Source of the DNA: Candidatus Poseidoniales archaeon
GTDB taxonomy: Archaea; Thermoplasmatota; Poseidoniia; Poseidoniales; Thalassarchaeaceae
Length of the DNA stretch: 64,000 bases
Direction of reading: 5' to 3'
Assembly (NCBI GenBank): GCA_012964335.1
Contig: DTUF01000037.1
Coordinates: 21,411-85,410 of the forward strand
The notes below the pieces were generated by a model. The model searched no databases. It was not told where the DNA came from and saw only the letters and a program-made list of their open reading frames with translations. Numbering within the stretch: position 1 is the stretch's first letter; every line of letters begins with the position of its first letter. The position numbers and the translations under genes were made by a program. Below, in pieces: positions 10,005 through 18,271 of this stretch.

Positions 10005-13000
10005 ATGTCGGGTGAAGTAAACAAGAGACATCTTCCATCAATGTTGGTTTTGCTATTTCTTCTTTCTTCGCTGGCTCCGCTGCTTGACTTCACAAGTGAC
10101 GTTGCTGAAGCATCTGGTGGGACAAGGCACGTTTACACCTTTACAGATGGTTCAATTGAGGCGGTTGCACTCTATCAAAGTGGTCAAAAAGCAACAAATA
10201 TCAAAGTTTCACTACCAAGAGGAGCAGAAGTCACTGCTGTGGAAATGACTCTTTCAGGGGCATCTTCAACTGGTTGGAATCAGATTCAACAAACCTCTAG
10301 AGCAGATTGGATGGCAGGAGATGCTGTTGATACAGACCCGCGTTCTGACTCAATATCTCTCGGTCTCGAATCTTCAACCCTAAATTTTTCATCGCATCAA
10401 ATTGACGCAGCACCAACTTCTGGAAATGCCTGGAACCACAATGGCTCTTTTTCAATTCGACAACCTCATACATCAAACGCCTCAGAAACAAGATTTAATC
10501 CCCAGCGAACAGTTACCTCGCCATTTGGAAATCAAGGAGCAGGTGCAACTCTCAACTACCGTGGTTGGACTTATGTTTCGACATTTGCCTCAACCACACT
10601 TAATCAAGTAGTGAAGAAAACATATCCTAACAACCTCAGTACCGCTTCCAGTGTCGCGATAGTTGAAGGGAACTGTAACATCCCCTCTCCCGCAGGCTCA
10701 ACCTGGAGTGCGTATTATGGATTCAGAGATTGGACAATCGGTGATGACGAGAAGTTGTATGGTATTCTTGGATTGAACCGGCAATCTGCCTCAATTAGTG
10801 AATTGGTGATGGTTGTTTTTGATATCCGCTATGAGGATGTATGGACTTGTGAGAACACTTACGACCTATCCTCAAACTCATATGGGCCCTATACTGGAAT
10901 ATCGTACGATAGAAGTCGAGACCTAATTTGGGTTCTTCATTCAGTAAGGAACACTATTACCCCTTACACATTCAACTCTGATGGCTCCTTTGAGAGGAAC
11001 TCTGATTTACAATATTCTTACTTTTCTAGTTATAGCGAGCAAAATGGTTTGGTAGCTAACAATAATATGTTCTTCTTTAGAAGTCAATTTAATTATTATC
11101 AAGACAGATTGGAAGCTTATGCAATCAGTGGCACATCCACAACTCTTGCCAAGCAAACTGGCGAGCGCTCTATCAGTGCCCGCGGATTTGGCCTCTATTA
11201 CGATGGTTCAAGGCTGTCATTGATTGATCACTATATGTGGTCTGCACGATATTATCGTGAATATGGAACAGGTTGGGCTTATCCGATTTCACCCCAACCT
11301 GGGACTGCTAGTTGGATATCAGAACCAATTGTGACTAATGATGATGTGATAATGGCAAATTTAGAAACATCATGGTCAGCGACATCAACGGGTGACAGAG
11401 TTGATTATTGGGTTAGTGCCGACAATGGTACTCATTGGGTCCAAGTCACAAATAATGAAACCGTTCATTTCTCAAACCCTGGAGACCATTTGCGTTGGAA
11501 GTTACAATTGGTTGGCGGAACTGCTGTTTCATGGTGGTTATCGATGGAATATGGTACCTCATATGCAACAACAGGGTCTTGGACCTCACCGATGATACCA
11601 ACGGGTACTCAAATAGGAACCCTGCAACCACAATGGACTGAAACCACACCTGCAGGAACCTCACTCAGTGTTGAGGTTAGCAATGACAATGGGTCAAATT
11701 GGCATTCTGCAACTAATAATCAGTTGATAGAATTACAATCCCAAGGATCTGCTCTAAAGTACCGCGTCAATTTTTCAACAACAGATGCTGGGCTTACTCC
11801 ATTACTAGATTCTTTCACACTTGATTACGAAGAAGGATACCCGACAGCAGTTCGACTTGATATTGGCGCTGACAATACTAACGAATACATTGGCACCGGT
11901 CTATTAAATTCACCAATTGACCTCAGTGGGGCGGCCCTCGTTAGCGCATTTAATAGCCACATCGTTGACAACGGTGAAGGTTTTTCAAACGTCACATTGG
12001 GTCTATCTGCTGGCTCACCAGGTCGAATCAAAGTCTCAAATCTTGATATTACATACCGCATGAACACTCGCGCTCTCAGTGCTGAAATTGAAGGAAACAT
12101 GTTAGTTCCAGATGGGGATACCCGTGTACTACTCGTCAGAGTTGCTGAAGGTGATGAAGCAGATCGCATTACGCAGGTGCAAGTTGAACTAATGGCTAAT
12201 GGCCGCAATAATTCAGTGTTACAGTGGCAGAGTGGTAATGTCTGTGATTTAGTGAGTAACAGTGACAATTTAGTTAGATTTGACGCTGGCAACTGCTCAT
12301 CATCTACAGATAGTAATGGATTCCTATCATTGCTTTTCCCAATTGAATCAACTTGGGAATGGAATGATGAAGCTGATGTTGAAGCAAGAATAACAGTTGA
12401 CGATGACATTGGCCGCCAAGTGAATGGTTGGTTAACCGATGACATGGATATTAGAATTGAGAACGACATTGTCTTGCTTGACCTAGGAGTAACTGATGAA
12501 ACGGGTAGGGTCCTTGAAGGCAATGATTGGATGCGAGGTGGTCTACAGATGACATTCCAAGGAGGTATCGTTTTCGAAGGCACGACTTATACTCCACATG
12601 CAGGTCAATTTAGTATTGAGTTGACTGGCCAGAATTTATCGATGAATGGCATTCCAGAAGAGCCTGAGAAGCAGTACCACATTGAGCCAAACCCCAGTCA
12701 TGGGCAATACTCATTGACCATCACCTCACCGATTGAGTCATCACCAGGTGGGATGCTTTTCCGAATAAAGGCGGTGAATTTACAAAATGGTTCATCATAC
12801 ATCAATCCTGAATATAACTCCGTAAGAATTGTTCTAGATGGAAATAGTCCATTGGTGATAGAAGCAACTCCATTAGACGGTTCTGAAAGGCATAAGGGTA
12901 ACCCTAACCAACCAGTAAGAATAGTTGTGCAGGACTCTGTTGACCCACCCACATTACTCACTTTGCATTACTGGCGACAAGGTCAGGACGATTTGAATTA

Positions 13001-15383
13001 TGATAAAATCCCAGATGAGAATGAGTATACTACACTCTCACTCAGAACTCCTGAGTTACAGCCGGGCGGTATCAATATTTTTGAAGGTCTTATCACAGAT
13101 TCAATGAATCACCATAGAGAGAAGGTTTCCTTCTTCTTGTCTGGTGCTGACGCACAAGGTAACGTGTTAGCGATGGGAGGTGGCCCTGTATGTCTTGATG
13201 ACGATGCGCCATGTGGTGAACTTCCAACCCAAACTCTTCCTGACTGGGATGCTGATTTAGTGACTTACACAATTCGAGAAGAATTTGAACCAGCGTTAGT
13301 ACTTGATGGCAATTCTACAATTGTTGGACATGATGATTCAGCTCCATTACATCCCGGCACAAAATACACAGCGAAATTGAGGGTTTGGGACAATAATGGC
13401 TGGAATGATATTGAAAGTATCAAGATGGCACTTGGTGACGATATTAATGCTAATGAAACTGCAATTTGGGCTAATTTCACCAAACTTTCTGATGGTGCAC
13501 TGACAATGTATCTTGAGTCAGGTGGCGATGGTTTGGCAGTTTCAAACCTTTACAGTCATTTTTCTGTCGTAAATGATACAGCACTTGATTTAGATATTCA
13601 ATTCCAATTAACATGGCTATTCCCTGAAGTTTGGGATACTGATGGTGATACAACATTTATTCCAGTTATAGAAATCGCTGACTGGCCTTGCCTTGATGGC
13701 GAGGATATAGCATGCTTTGAGCATCGTAATGGACTTGGTAATGACCGCTGGAGTTTAGATAATGACCTTCGCTTTGACATGGCGCCTGGTCATTTCACTG
13801 CGATTGACTTAGCGACTGGCAGAAATCTCTACACCGGCGGAGATGAACAGGCGACGATAGCAGCTGGACAAGTTGTCAGAGTTAACGGTAGAATTCTATT
13901 CAGTGAAGATGAGACTCCTGCTCCGGAAGGTGCCTTTGACATTGTGATTGGAAATCTTGAATTGGAATGGCGCGCAGTGCCAAGAGATGACGGCGAATTC
14001 ACCAGCGATATTTTAGTTCCAAATGTAAGAAGCGGACATCTTGACATGCTGGCATGGTTAGAAAATTTACCTGGTCTTGCTGCTGATGAAAGTGAAGAAC
14101 AGCCAAGAATCCTTTTGGAAGTAGACGGTAATTCTCCGATAATCAATGCTATCAGTCCTTCAGGGGATATCGCAATTACAGATGCATCAGAAATTGCAGT
14201 TTTCATTAATTCAAGTGATGACCATGGATTCATCGCCCAAAGAACTGCAGTACTGCACTACAAGGTGAAAGCAGGGGAATCCGAGGTTTCTAGGGGTTCC
14301 CAAGAGTTAGGCACACTACTAGAACAGTACGGCTATGGTCACTGGACTGGCGTGGTTGACCTAACTGATGGAGGAGTTACTGAACTCTTGCCCGGCTACA
14401 CGGTTGATGTTTGGGTGACTGGAGCAGACGCTGCAGGAAACCCATATGTTTCTGAAAACAATACCGAACAAACCCCACTAACTCAATGGAGAATTATTCG
14501 CGTAGGCCCGACCGTTACTCTTGTTGACTTGGATGTCTATTGGACGGATGCTACCCCGGTATCAGGTGAGAATGTTAGTTTGTTAATCAACGGTGCCAAC
14601 GAAAATAGCGAAGAGGGTACTCTAACTTTTGCGTTGCAACAAAAGACCAAGGATGGCGATTGGATAAATGTCAACAATGGTTCTACTGATGCATTATTAC
14701 GAGCAAATGGGAATTTCTCTTCAGAGATTTCAATCAAGACATCAGAGGTTGATGAAGAGACCGTAGAGCGCTATCGTCTGATAGTAAAAGATAACCATGT
14801 CATTCTTGACCGTATGTCTCTTGACCCATTGATAATCCAGCCAGCAGTGGCTCGCGATGGTGCGGCTATTTCAGAGCAGTTTACTGAACAAACAGGTACA
14901 GTTCTTCTTTACATTGCATTAATTGTAGCTTTAATCGCAATTGTTGTGTTGATTACAATGAATAGACAATTATCAACCGACCATCTTGATTTAGATCTCG
15001 CTGAGCAGACTTTGGATGTAGTAGACGATATGGATACGCCACCACCACCTCCTGGGTTTGATGTTGATGCGCCGCCTCCACCTCCGCCCCCATCTGGATT
15101 TGACCCAAATGCCACGCCTTCTCCACCTGATGGCTACATACCAGATGTTCAGGGTTCAGTAGATAATTCATCTGTACCTGAGCAAACAACTGTTCCACAA
15201 AGTGCTGGTGATGATTATGCGGGATGGACTGATGAGATGTTGATGGCTCAAGGATGGACACAATGGCAAGTGGATACATGGCGTGCCCAACAAGGTGGTA
15301 GCGAGGCACCCCAATCCAGCGCGGATAGTGTAGAGGATGTTGCAGAACCAGAGGAACAAACCACTGATGAGCCAACTCCCTAA
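10005..15383 (+). CDS. Giant type I membrane-anchored surface protein (1792 aa) with a polyproline cytoplasmic tail
   Basis: Signal peptide: KRHLPSMLVLLFLLSSLAPLLDF..AEA. A long ectodomain has no motif I can name by eye. A single C-terminal TM, GTVLLYIALIVALIAIVVLITM, lies at about 14893-14962. The tail reads PPPPPGFDVDAPPPPPPPSGFDPNATPSPPDGYIPD followed by GWTDEMLMAQGWTQWQVDTW. TAA stop at 15381. Confidence 0.9.
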   Translation: MSGEVNKRHLPSMLVLLFLLSSLAPLLDFTSDVAEASGGTRHVYTFTDGSIEAVALYQSGQKATNIKVSLPRGAEVTAVEMTLSGASSTGWNQIQQTSRADWMAGDAVDTDPRSDSISLGLESSTLNFSSHQIDAAPTSGNAWNHNGSFSIRQPHTSNASETRFNPQRTVTSPFGNQGAGATLNYRGWTYVSTFASTTLNQVVKKTYPNNLSTASSVAIVEGNCNIPSPAGSTWSAYYGFRDWTIGDDEKLYGILGLNRQSASISELVMVVFDIRYEDVWTCENTYDLSSNSYGPYTGISYDRSRDLIWVLHSVRNTITPYTFNSDGSFERNSDLQYSYFSSYSEQNGLVANNNMFFFRSQFNYYQDRLEAYAISGTSTTLAKQTGERSISARGFGLYYDGSRLSLIDHYMWSARYYREYGTGWAYPISPQPGTASWISEPIVTNDDVIMANLETSWSATSTGDRVDYWVSADNGTHWVQVTNNETVHFSNPGDHLRWKLQLVGGTAVSWWLSMEYGTSYATTGSWTSPMIPTGTQIGTLQPQWTETTPAGTSLSVEVSNDNGSNWHSATNNQLIELQSQGSALKYRVNFSTTDAGLTPLLDSFTLDYEEGYPTAVRLDIGADNTNEYIGTGLLNSPIDLSGAALVSAFNSHIVDNGEGFSNVTLGLSAGSPGRIKVSNLDITYRMNTRALSAEIEGNMLVPDGDTRVLLVRVAEGDEADRITQVQVELMANGRNNSVLQWQSGNVCDLVSNSDNLVRFDAGNCSSSTDSNGFLSLLFPIESTWEWNDEADVEARITVDDDIGRQVNGWLTDDMDIRIENDIVLLDLGVTDETGRVLEGNDWMRGGLQMTFQGGIVFEGTTYTPHAGQFSIELTGQNLSMNGIPEEPEKQYHIEPNPSHGQYSLTITSPIESSPGGMLFRIKAVNLQNGSSYINPEYNSVRIVLDGNSPLVIEATPLDGSERHKGNPNQPVRIVVQDSVDPPTLLTLHYWRQGQDDLNYDKIPDENEYTTLSLRTPELQPGGINIFEGLITDSMNHHREKVSFFLSGADAQGNVLAMGGGPVCLDDDAPCGELPTQTLPDWDADLVTYTIREEFEPALVLDGNSTIVGHDDSAPLHPGTKYTAKLRVWDNNGWNDIESIKMALGDDINANETAIWANFTKLSDGALTMYLESGGDGLAVSNLYSHFSVVNDTALDLDIQFQLTWLFPEVWDTDGDTTFIPVIEIADWPCLDGEDIACFEHRNGLGNDRWSLDNDLRFDMAPGHFTAIDLATGRNLYTGGDEQATIAAGQVVRVNGRILFSEDETPAPEGAFDIVIGNLELEWRAVPRDDGEFTSDILVPNVRSGHLDMLAWLENLPGLAADESEEQPRILLEVDGNSPIINAISPSGDIAITDASEIAVFINSSDDHGFIAQRTAVLHYKVKAGESEVSRGSQELGTLLEQYGYGHWTGVVDLTDGGVTELLPGYTVDVWVTGADAAGNPYVSENNTEQTPLTQWRIIRVGPTVTLVDLDVYWTDATPVSGENVSLLINGANENSEEGTLTFALQQKTKDGDWINVNNGSTDALLRANGNFSSEISIKTSEVDEETVERYRLIVKDNHVILDRMSLDPLIIQPAVARDGAAISEQFTEQTGTVLLYIALIVALIAIVVLITMNRQLSTDHLDLDLAEQTLDVVDDMDTPPPPPGFDVDAPPPPPPPSGFDPNATPSPPDGYIPDVQGSVDNSSVPEQTTVPQSAGDDYAGWTDEMLMAQGWTQWQVDTWRAQQGGSEAPQSSADSVEDVAEPEEQTTDEPTP

Positions 15384-15455
15384 GCAGAGGCTGTAATTCC
15401 AGCAAACCATCCAGCAGCAGAATACAATTTTTCAGAATCTGTCGTTGATTCAGTA

Positions 15456-15584
15456 ATGGAAGAACACGGTATTTCCGACAAAGAAGCATTCATGACTCAT
15501 GCGATTGAGTTTGATACGGATGGGAATAATTATCTCAATAATAAGGAATTAGAAGAAGCCGCCAAGTCCTTCACAAATCAGTAA
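15456..15584 (+). CDS. Candidate 42-aa EF-hand micro-ORF, or alternatively a read-through extension of the upstream giant gene
   Basis: It is below the ORF-track size cutoff. Translation: MEEHGISDKEAFMTHAIEFDTDGNNYLNNKELEEAAKSFTNQ. This is helix-loop-helix with the loop DTDGNNYLNNKE (D1, D3, N5, L8, E12). The frame is identical to CDS 10005-15383 and is stop-free from 15384. There is no obvious SD. Confidence 0.35.
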   Translation: MEEHGISDKEAFMTHAIEFDTDGNNYLNNKELEEAAKSFTNQ

Positions 15585-15585
15585 T

Positions 15586-16071
15586 TCAAGCTGAATATGT
15601 CTTGGTAACAGAAAGCATCGCTGTCTGGTATGCATCAAATATTGACCATAGCCAAATCAGAGGCCAGAGTAAGCAGAACAGAAGCGGGATTTGCAGAGCA
15701 AACCAGTCAAAAGCCTTGGAATGCTGGCGATTAAAATGCTGCCCAAGGAATAAGAAAGGTACAATCGCTAATCCTGTAGCAATTAATGGGCGTAACGCCC
15801 CCCATGGGCCAACTCCACCAGTAATCTCACTGATGACAACTAATACCACCTGGAACGGTGTATGCCAAGTGGGAGAGTTCTCTAATTTTTGGTGCAAACG
15901 TTGCCTCACGCGGTCAGAAAAACCTTCACTCACAATTACTCCTCCGGGTTGTACATATTGAGTCCAACGGTTATTTGTCCCTCTATCTATTGAATTGCTC
16001 AATCTCCAAGCCATCGCCGATGAGGCGGTACCAGTACAATGCGAGCGAAAGGAGTCCAACTGAAACAGCAT
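15586..16071 (-). CDS. Hypothetical membrane protein (start uncertain; ATG 16014 is possible)
   Basis: Hydrophobic segments include VVLVVISEITGGV, LIATGLAIVPFLFL and LQIPLLFCLLWPLIWLWSIF. It overlaps the upstream ORF by 89 nt, or 32 nt if the start is 16014. Confidence 0.5.
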   Translation of the reverse strand: MLFQLDSFRSHCTGTASSAMAWRLSNSIDRGTNNRWTQYVQPGGVIVSEGFSDRVRQRLHQKLENSPTWHTPFQVVLVVISEITGGVGPWGALRPLIATGLAIVPFLFLGQHFNRQHSKAFDWFALQIPLLFCLLWPLIWLWSIFDAYQTAMLSVTKTYSA

Positions 16072-16564
16072 AGATTACCAGATGGAAATCAATGCCAATT
16101 CTAGTTGCGATAGTATCTGGTAAGACTGACATTCTCCAACCGATAATTGCTGATAGTAGCGAAGCGATTACGAGAGTTGCAGCGCGGCGCTGCTGCGCCG
16201 CTTCAGATTGGTCTGAGAAATCCTTTGGGCCAATTCCTAATTTTAGTACCATTCTTAGCCATAATGGTAGAAATCGCTTGAAATCGTTGAGAGATTGTGA
16301 ACATATCCAAAGTGCTACGCCACTCCAAACTAGAATGAGGTCACCTTCTGACCACAACCACTCTTTGGGGTTGAGTGTTAGCGCAATATCGGCGAGCCCG
16401 ATAATAACAGAGAGGAAGCCGATAGCATAAATCATAGCATCTGCTAATAAAAGTCCGAAATTAGCAGTAACTTCACCTTGAACTGTCTCAAATCGGGCCC
16501 GTGAATGCTCAAGAGATAGGCGCTCTAACTCGTCCACAATATGTTGCAAGTCAATCGGTGACAT
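15983..16564 (-). CDS. Hypothetical multi-pass membrane protein
   Basis: 193 aa with about 4 hydrophobic helices (FGLLLADAMIYAIGFLSVIIGLADIAL, LILVWSGVALWI, LVIASLLSAIIGW, VIYAVSVGLLSLALYWY). No family recognised. Confidence 0.55.
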   Translation of the reverse strand: MSPIDLQHIVDELERLSLEHSRARFETVQGEVTANFGLLLADAMIYAIGFLSVIIGLADIALTLNPKEWLWSEGDLILVWSGVALWICSQSLNDFKRFLPLWLRMVLKLGIGPKDFSDQSEAAQQRRAATLVIASLLSAIIGWRMSVLPDTIATRIGIDFHLVIYAVSVGLLSLALYWYRLIGDGLEIEQFNR

Positions 16565-16614
16565 AATGGATACCCCGCTACCGGCCCTCTTCAGAGCGAT
16601 TGTGAGGGTTAGTC

Positions 16615-17676
16615 ATGGGTGTCAAAGTTTGGTTGACCGGGTACGAGCCTTTTGGCGAGCATCAGACCAATATTTCACAACAAATTGCTGAACATTTGGC
16701 AGATTTCAACGGTGTAATCTCAATTGGACCGTCATCTGGTCCTATGGCTGTTGAATCACGTGAAATCGAAGTTGACATCAAATCACAGATTCTAACTGTT
16801 GACAAAGCGGGAAGCGAATTAATCGCTTCAAGTATTGCTGAATCAGATGTGGATTTGCCACAAGCTATCATTCATCTAGGATTGGCTGAAAACCGAGATG
16901 TTATTTCTTTGGAGGCGATAGCCTTCAATGAGTTAGAATTCCGTATCGCAGATAATGAAGGTCGCCAAGTAACATCACAGAAAATCACAGATTCAGGTCA
17001 TAATCTGTCACACTCTACTGCACCAATGAATTTGTTGATGGCTGAATTTGCCGATGAGGGACTAATATGCAAGAGTGAAGACCCTGGGCGTTTCATCTGC
17101 AATGAAACTTATTTCAAGACCCTCCTTGCAGTTGAGCAGGCTGATTTGAGAGAACGAATGAACCGAGCAATCCCGGTTCTATTTATTCACCTACCTCAGG
17201 CAGATAAAATCCCCTTAGAAACCCAAATTTCCTTAGTAAAACGTGTGATTGGGGTCACAGTGCAAAGGCCTGAGATGCAGGTTGTAGGAGGGATGTTGAA
17301 GGATGAAAATAACCGACTACTAGCAGCCCGTAGGTCAGCCTCAGAATACATGGGTGGGTACTGGGAATTCCCCGGAGGAAAGGTCGAGAAAGGCGAGAGT
17401 AAAGAGGCAGCGATTAGTCGTGAGTATCACGAAGAGTTCGGCTGGACAGTCAAGCCTTTACGAGTGTGTGAAGAGTACTCTCATGCATGGCCCGAAATGG
17501 TCGTTCACCTGACGTTCTTCTTATGTGAGGCGGATGGAGAATTGCCTCCGGCTGTGATGACATCCCATGATGAAAACCGATGGCTTTCTGAGGATGAATT
17601 GATGGATGTGGAATGGCTTCCACCAGATGTAGAATTTGTAAAGCGAATTCAAGAGCGAGGGATTTCAAACCTGTGA
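16615..17676 (+). CDS. Fusion protein: pyroglutamyl peptidase I (peptidase C15) domain plus a Nudix (MutT-like) hydrolase domain
   Basis: The N-terminal domain has VWLTGYEPFGEHQTN, HLGLAENR..SLEAIAFN..RIADNEGRQ (Glu), DPGRFICNETYF (Cys162, codon 17098-17100) and VLFIHLPQ (His). The C-terminal domain has the Nudix box GGKVEKGESKEAAISREYHEEFG (17374-17442). A GAGGGT SD-like motif lies upstream. Confidence 0.85.
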   Translation: MGVKVWLTGYEPFGEHQTNISQQIAEHLADFNGVISIGPSSGPMAVESREIEVDIKSQILTVDKAGSELIASSIAESDVDLPQAIIHLGLAENRDVISLEAIAFNELEFRIADNEGRQVTSQKITDSGHNLSHSTAPMNLLMAEFADEGLICKSEDPGRFICNETYFKTLLAVEQADLRERMNRAIPVLFIHLPQADKIPLETQISLVKRVIGVTVQRPEMQVVGGMLKDENNRLLAARRSASEYMGGYWEFPGGKVEKGESKEAAISREYHEEFGWTVKPLRVCEEYSHAWPEMVVHLTFFLCEADGELPPAVMTSHDENRWLSEDELMDVEWLPPDVEFVKRIQERGISNL

Positions 17677-17689
17677 ATCTAAATATTCA

Positions 17690-18187
17690 TTAGTCAGATT
17701 TTTCATCAATCCATTCGCTGACTTCACCATCTCTGTGCATTGACCAATCATCACTGAGTGAGCGAGGATATTCATTTCTGCCTTCATGCCAAGTTGTTTC
17801 CTCTATCCAAGCCGCTAAATTATCGCCACGAATAGTGACATCAATTGTACCACCAAGAGACTTTTCGTCATTCAACACGAAGGCGACCTTGCTTGCCAAG
17901 GCTGCTTGGCGAGAGAGCGAAAAAATGGTTTCATTATCATATAAATTCGCGCCCATTGCATCCAATGCTGTATCAAGAATTCTCAATTCGGAAATACGTT
18001 CTAGGAATCTACTTAGGTCAACATCCTCAAATTCCCATTCTACTATCTTCTCAGTCACAGGGAATACATTTTCATGGAACTCAGGTGGTTCAAGTTCAGG
18101 GAATAGCGTCCTTAGTGAATCAGCAACGCTTGCGGCGTGGTCAGAGGGCCGGATAGTCGTGCAAACCACTGCGTAAGGAGAACTCAT
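17690..18187 (-). CDS. UPF0201/DUF54 (COG1931) family predicted RNA-binding protein
   Basis: The pattern TIRPSDHAASVADSLRTLFPE ... ELRILDTALDAM ... FSLSRQAALASKVAFV ... SLGGTIDVTI resembles archaeal UPF0201 proteins (EVRPTED..V...L.NLFP ... LNKQAA..G.v.F ... PLGPI.V). This is recalled by eye only. Confidence 0.6.
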   Translation of the reverse strand: MSSPYAVVCTTIRPSDHAASVADSLRTLFPELEPPEFHENVFPVTEKIVEWEFEDVDLSRFLERISELRILDTALDAMGANLYDNETIFSLSRQAALASKVAFVLNDEKSLGGTIDVTIRGDNLAAWIEETTWHEGRNEYPRSLSDDWSMHRDGEVSEWIDEKSD

Positions 18188-18271
18188 CAGTTGTTGCGAG
18201 GGGTGGTTAGATGATGAACTCTATCGCTTGAGTAGTGGCAAGATTGACAGACATTCGCCAACCAGCGTAGC

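Noticed and set aside
11825-12583. 252-aa antisense ORF inside the 1792-aa gene, plus the other 60-134-aa antisense or out-of-frame ORFs between 10297 and 14737
   Set aside because: They are fully embedded in a much longer ORF with a signal peptide and TM logic. The translations are Ser/Pro/Thr-rich with no motifs, as is typical of antisense shadows.
15031-15150. PGF tripeptide in PPPPPGFD, considered as a possible PGF-CTERM archaeosortase signal
   Set aside because: PGF-CTERM requires PGF immediately before a C-terminal TM helix and a short basic end. Here the motif lies after the only TM, in a long soluble tail, and no hydrophobic segment follows it.
14953-15489. 178-aa and 80-aa minus-strand ORFs over the proline-rich tail region
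   Set aside because: They are antisense to the polyproline-coding segment (GGN/CCN-rich DNA stays open on both strands). They have no start context and no recognisable features.
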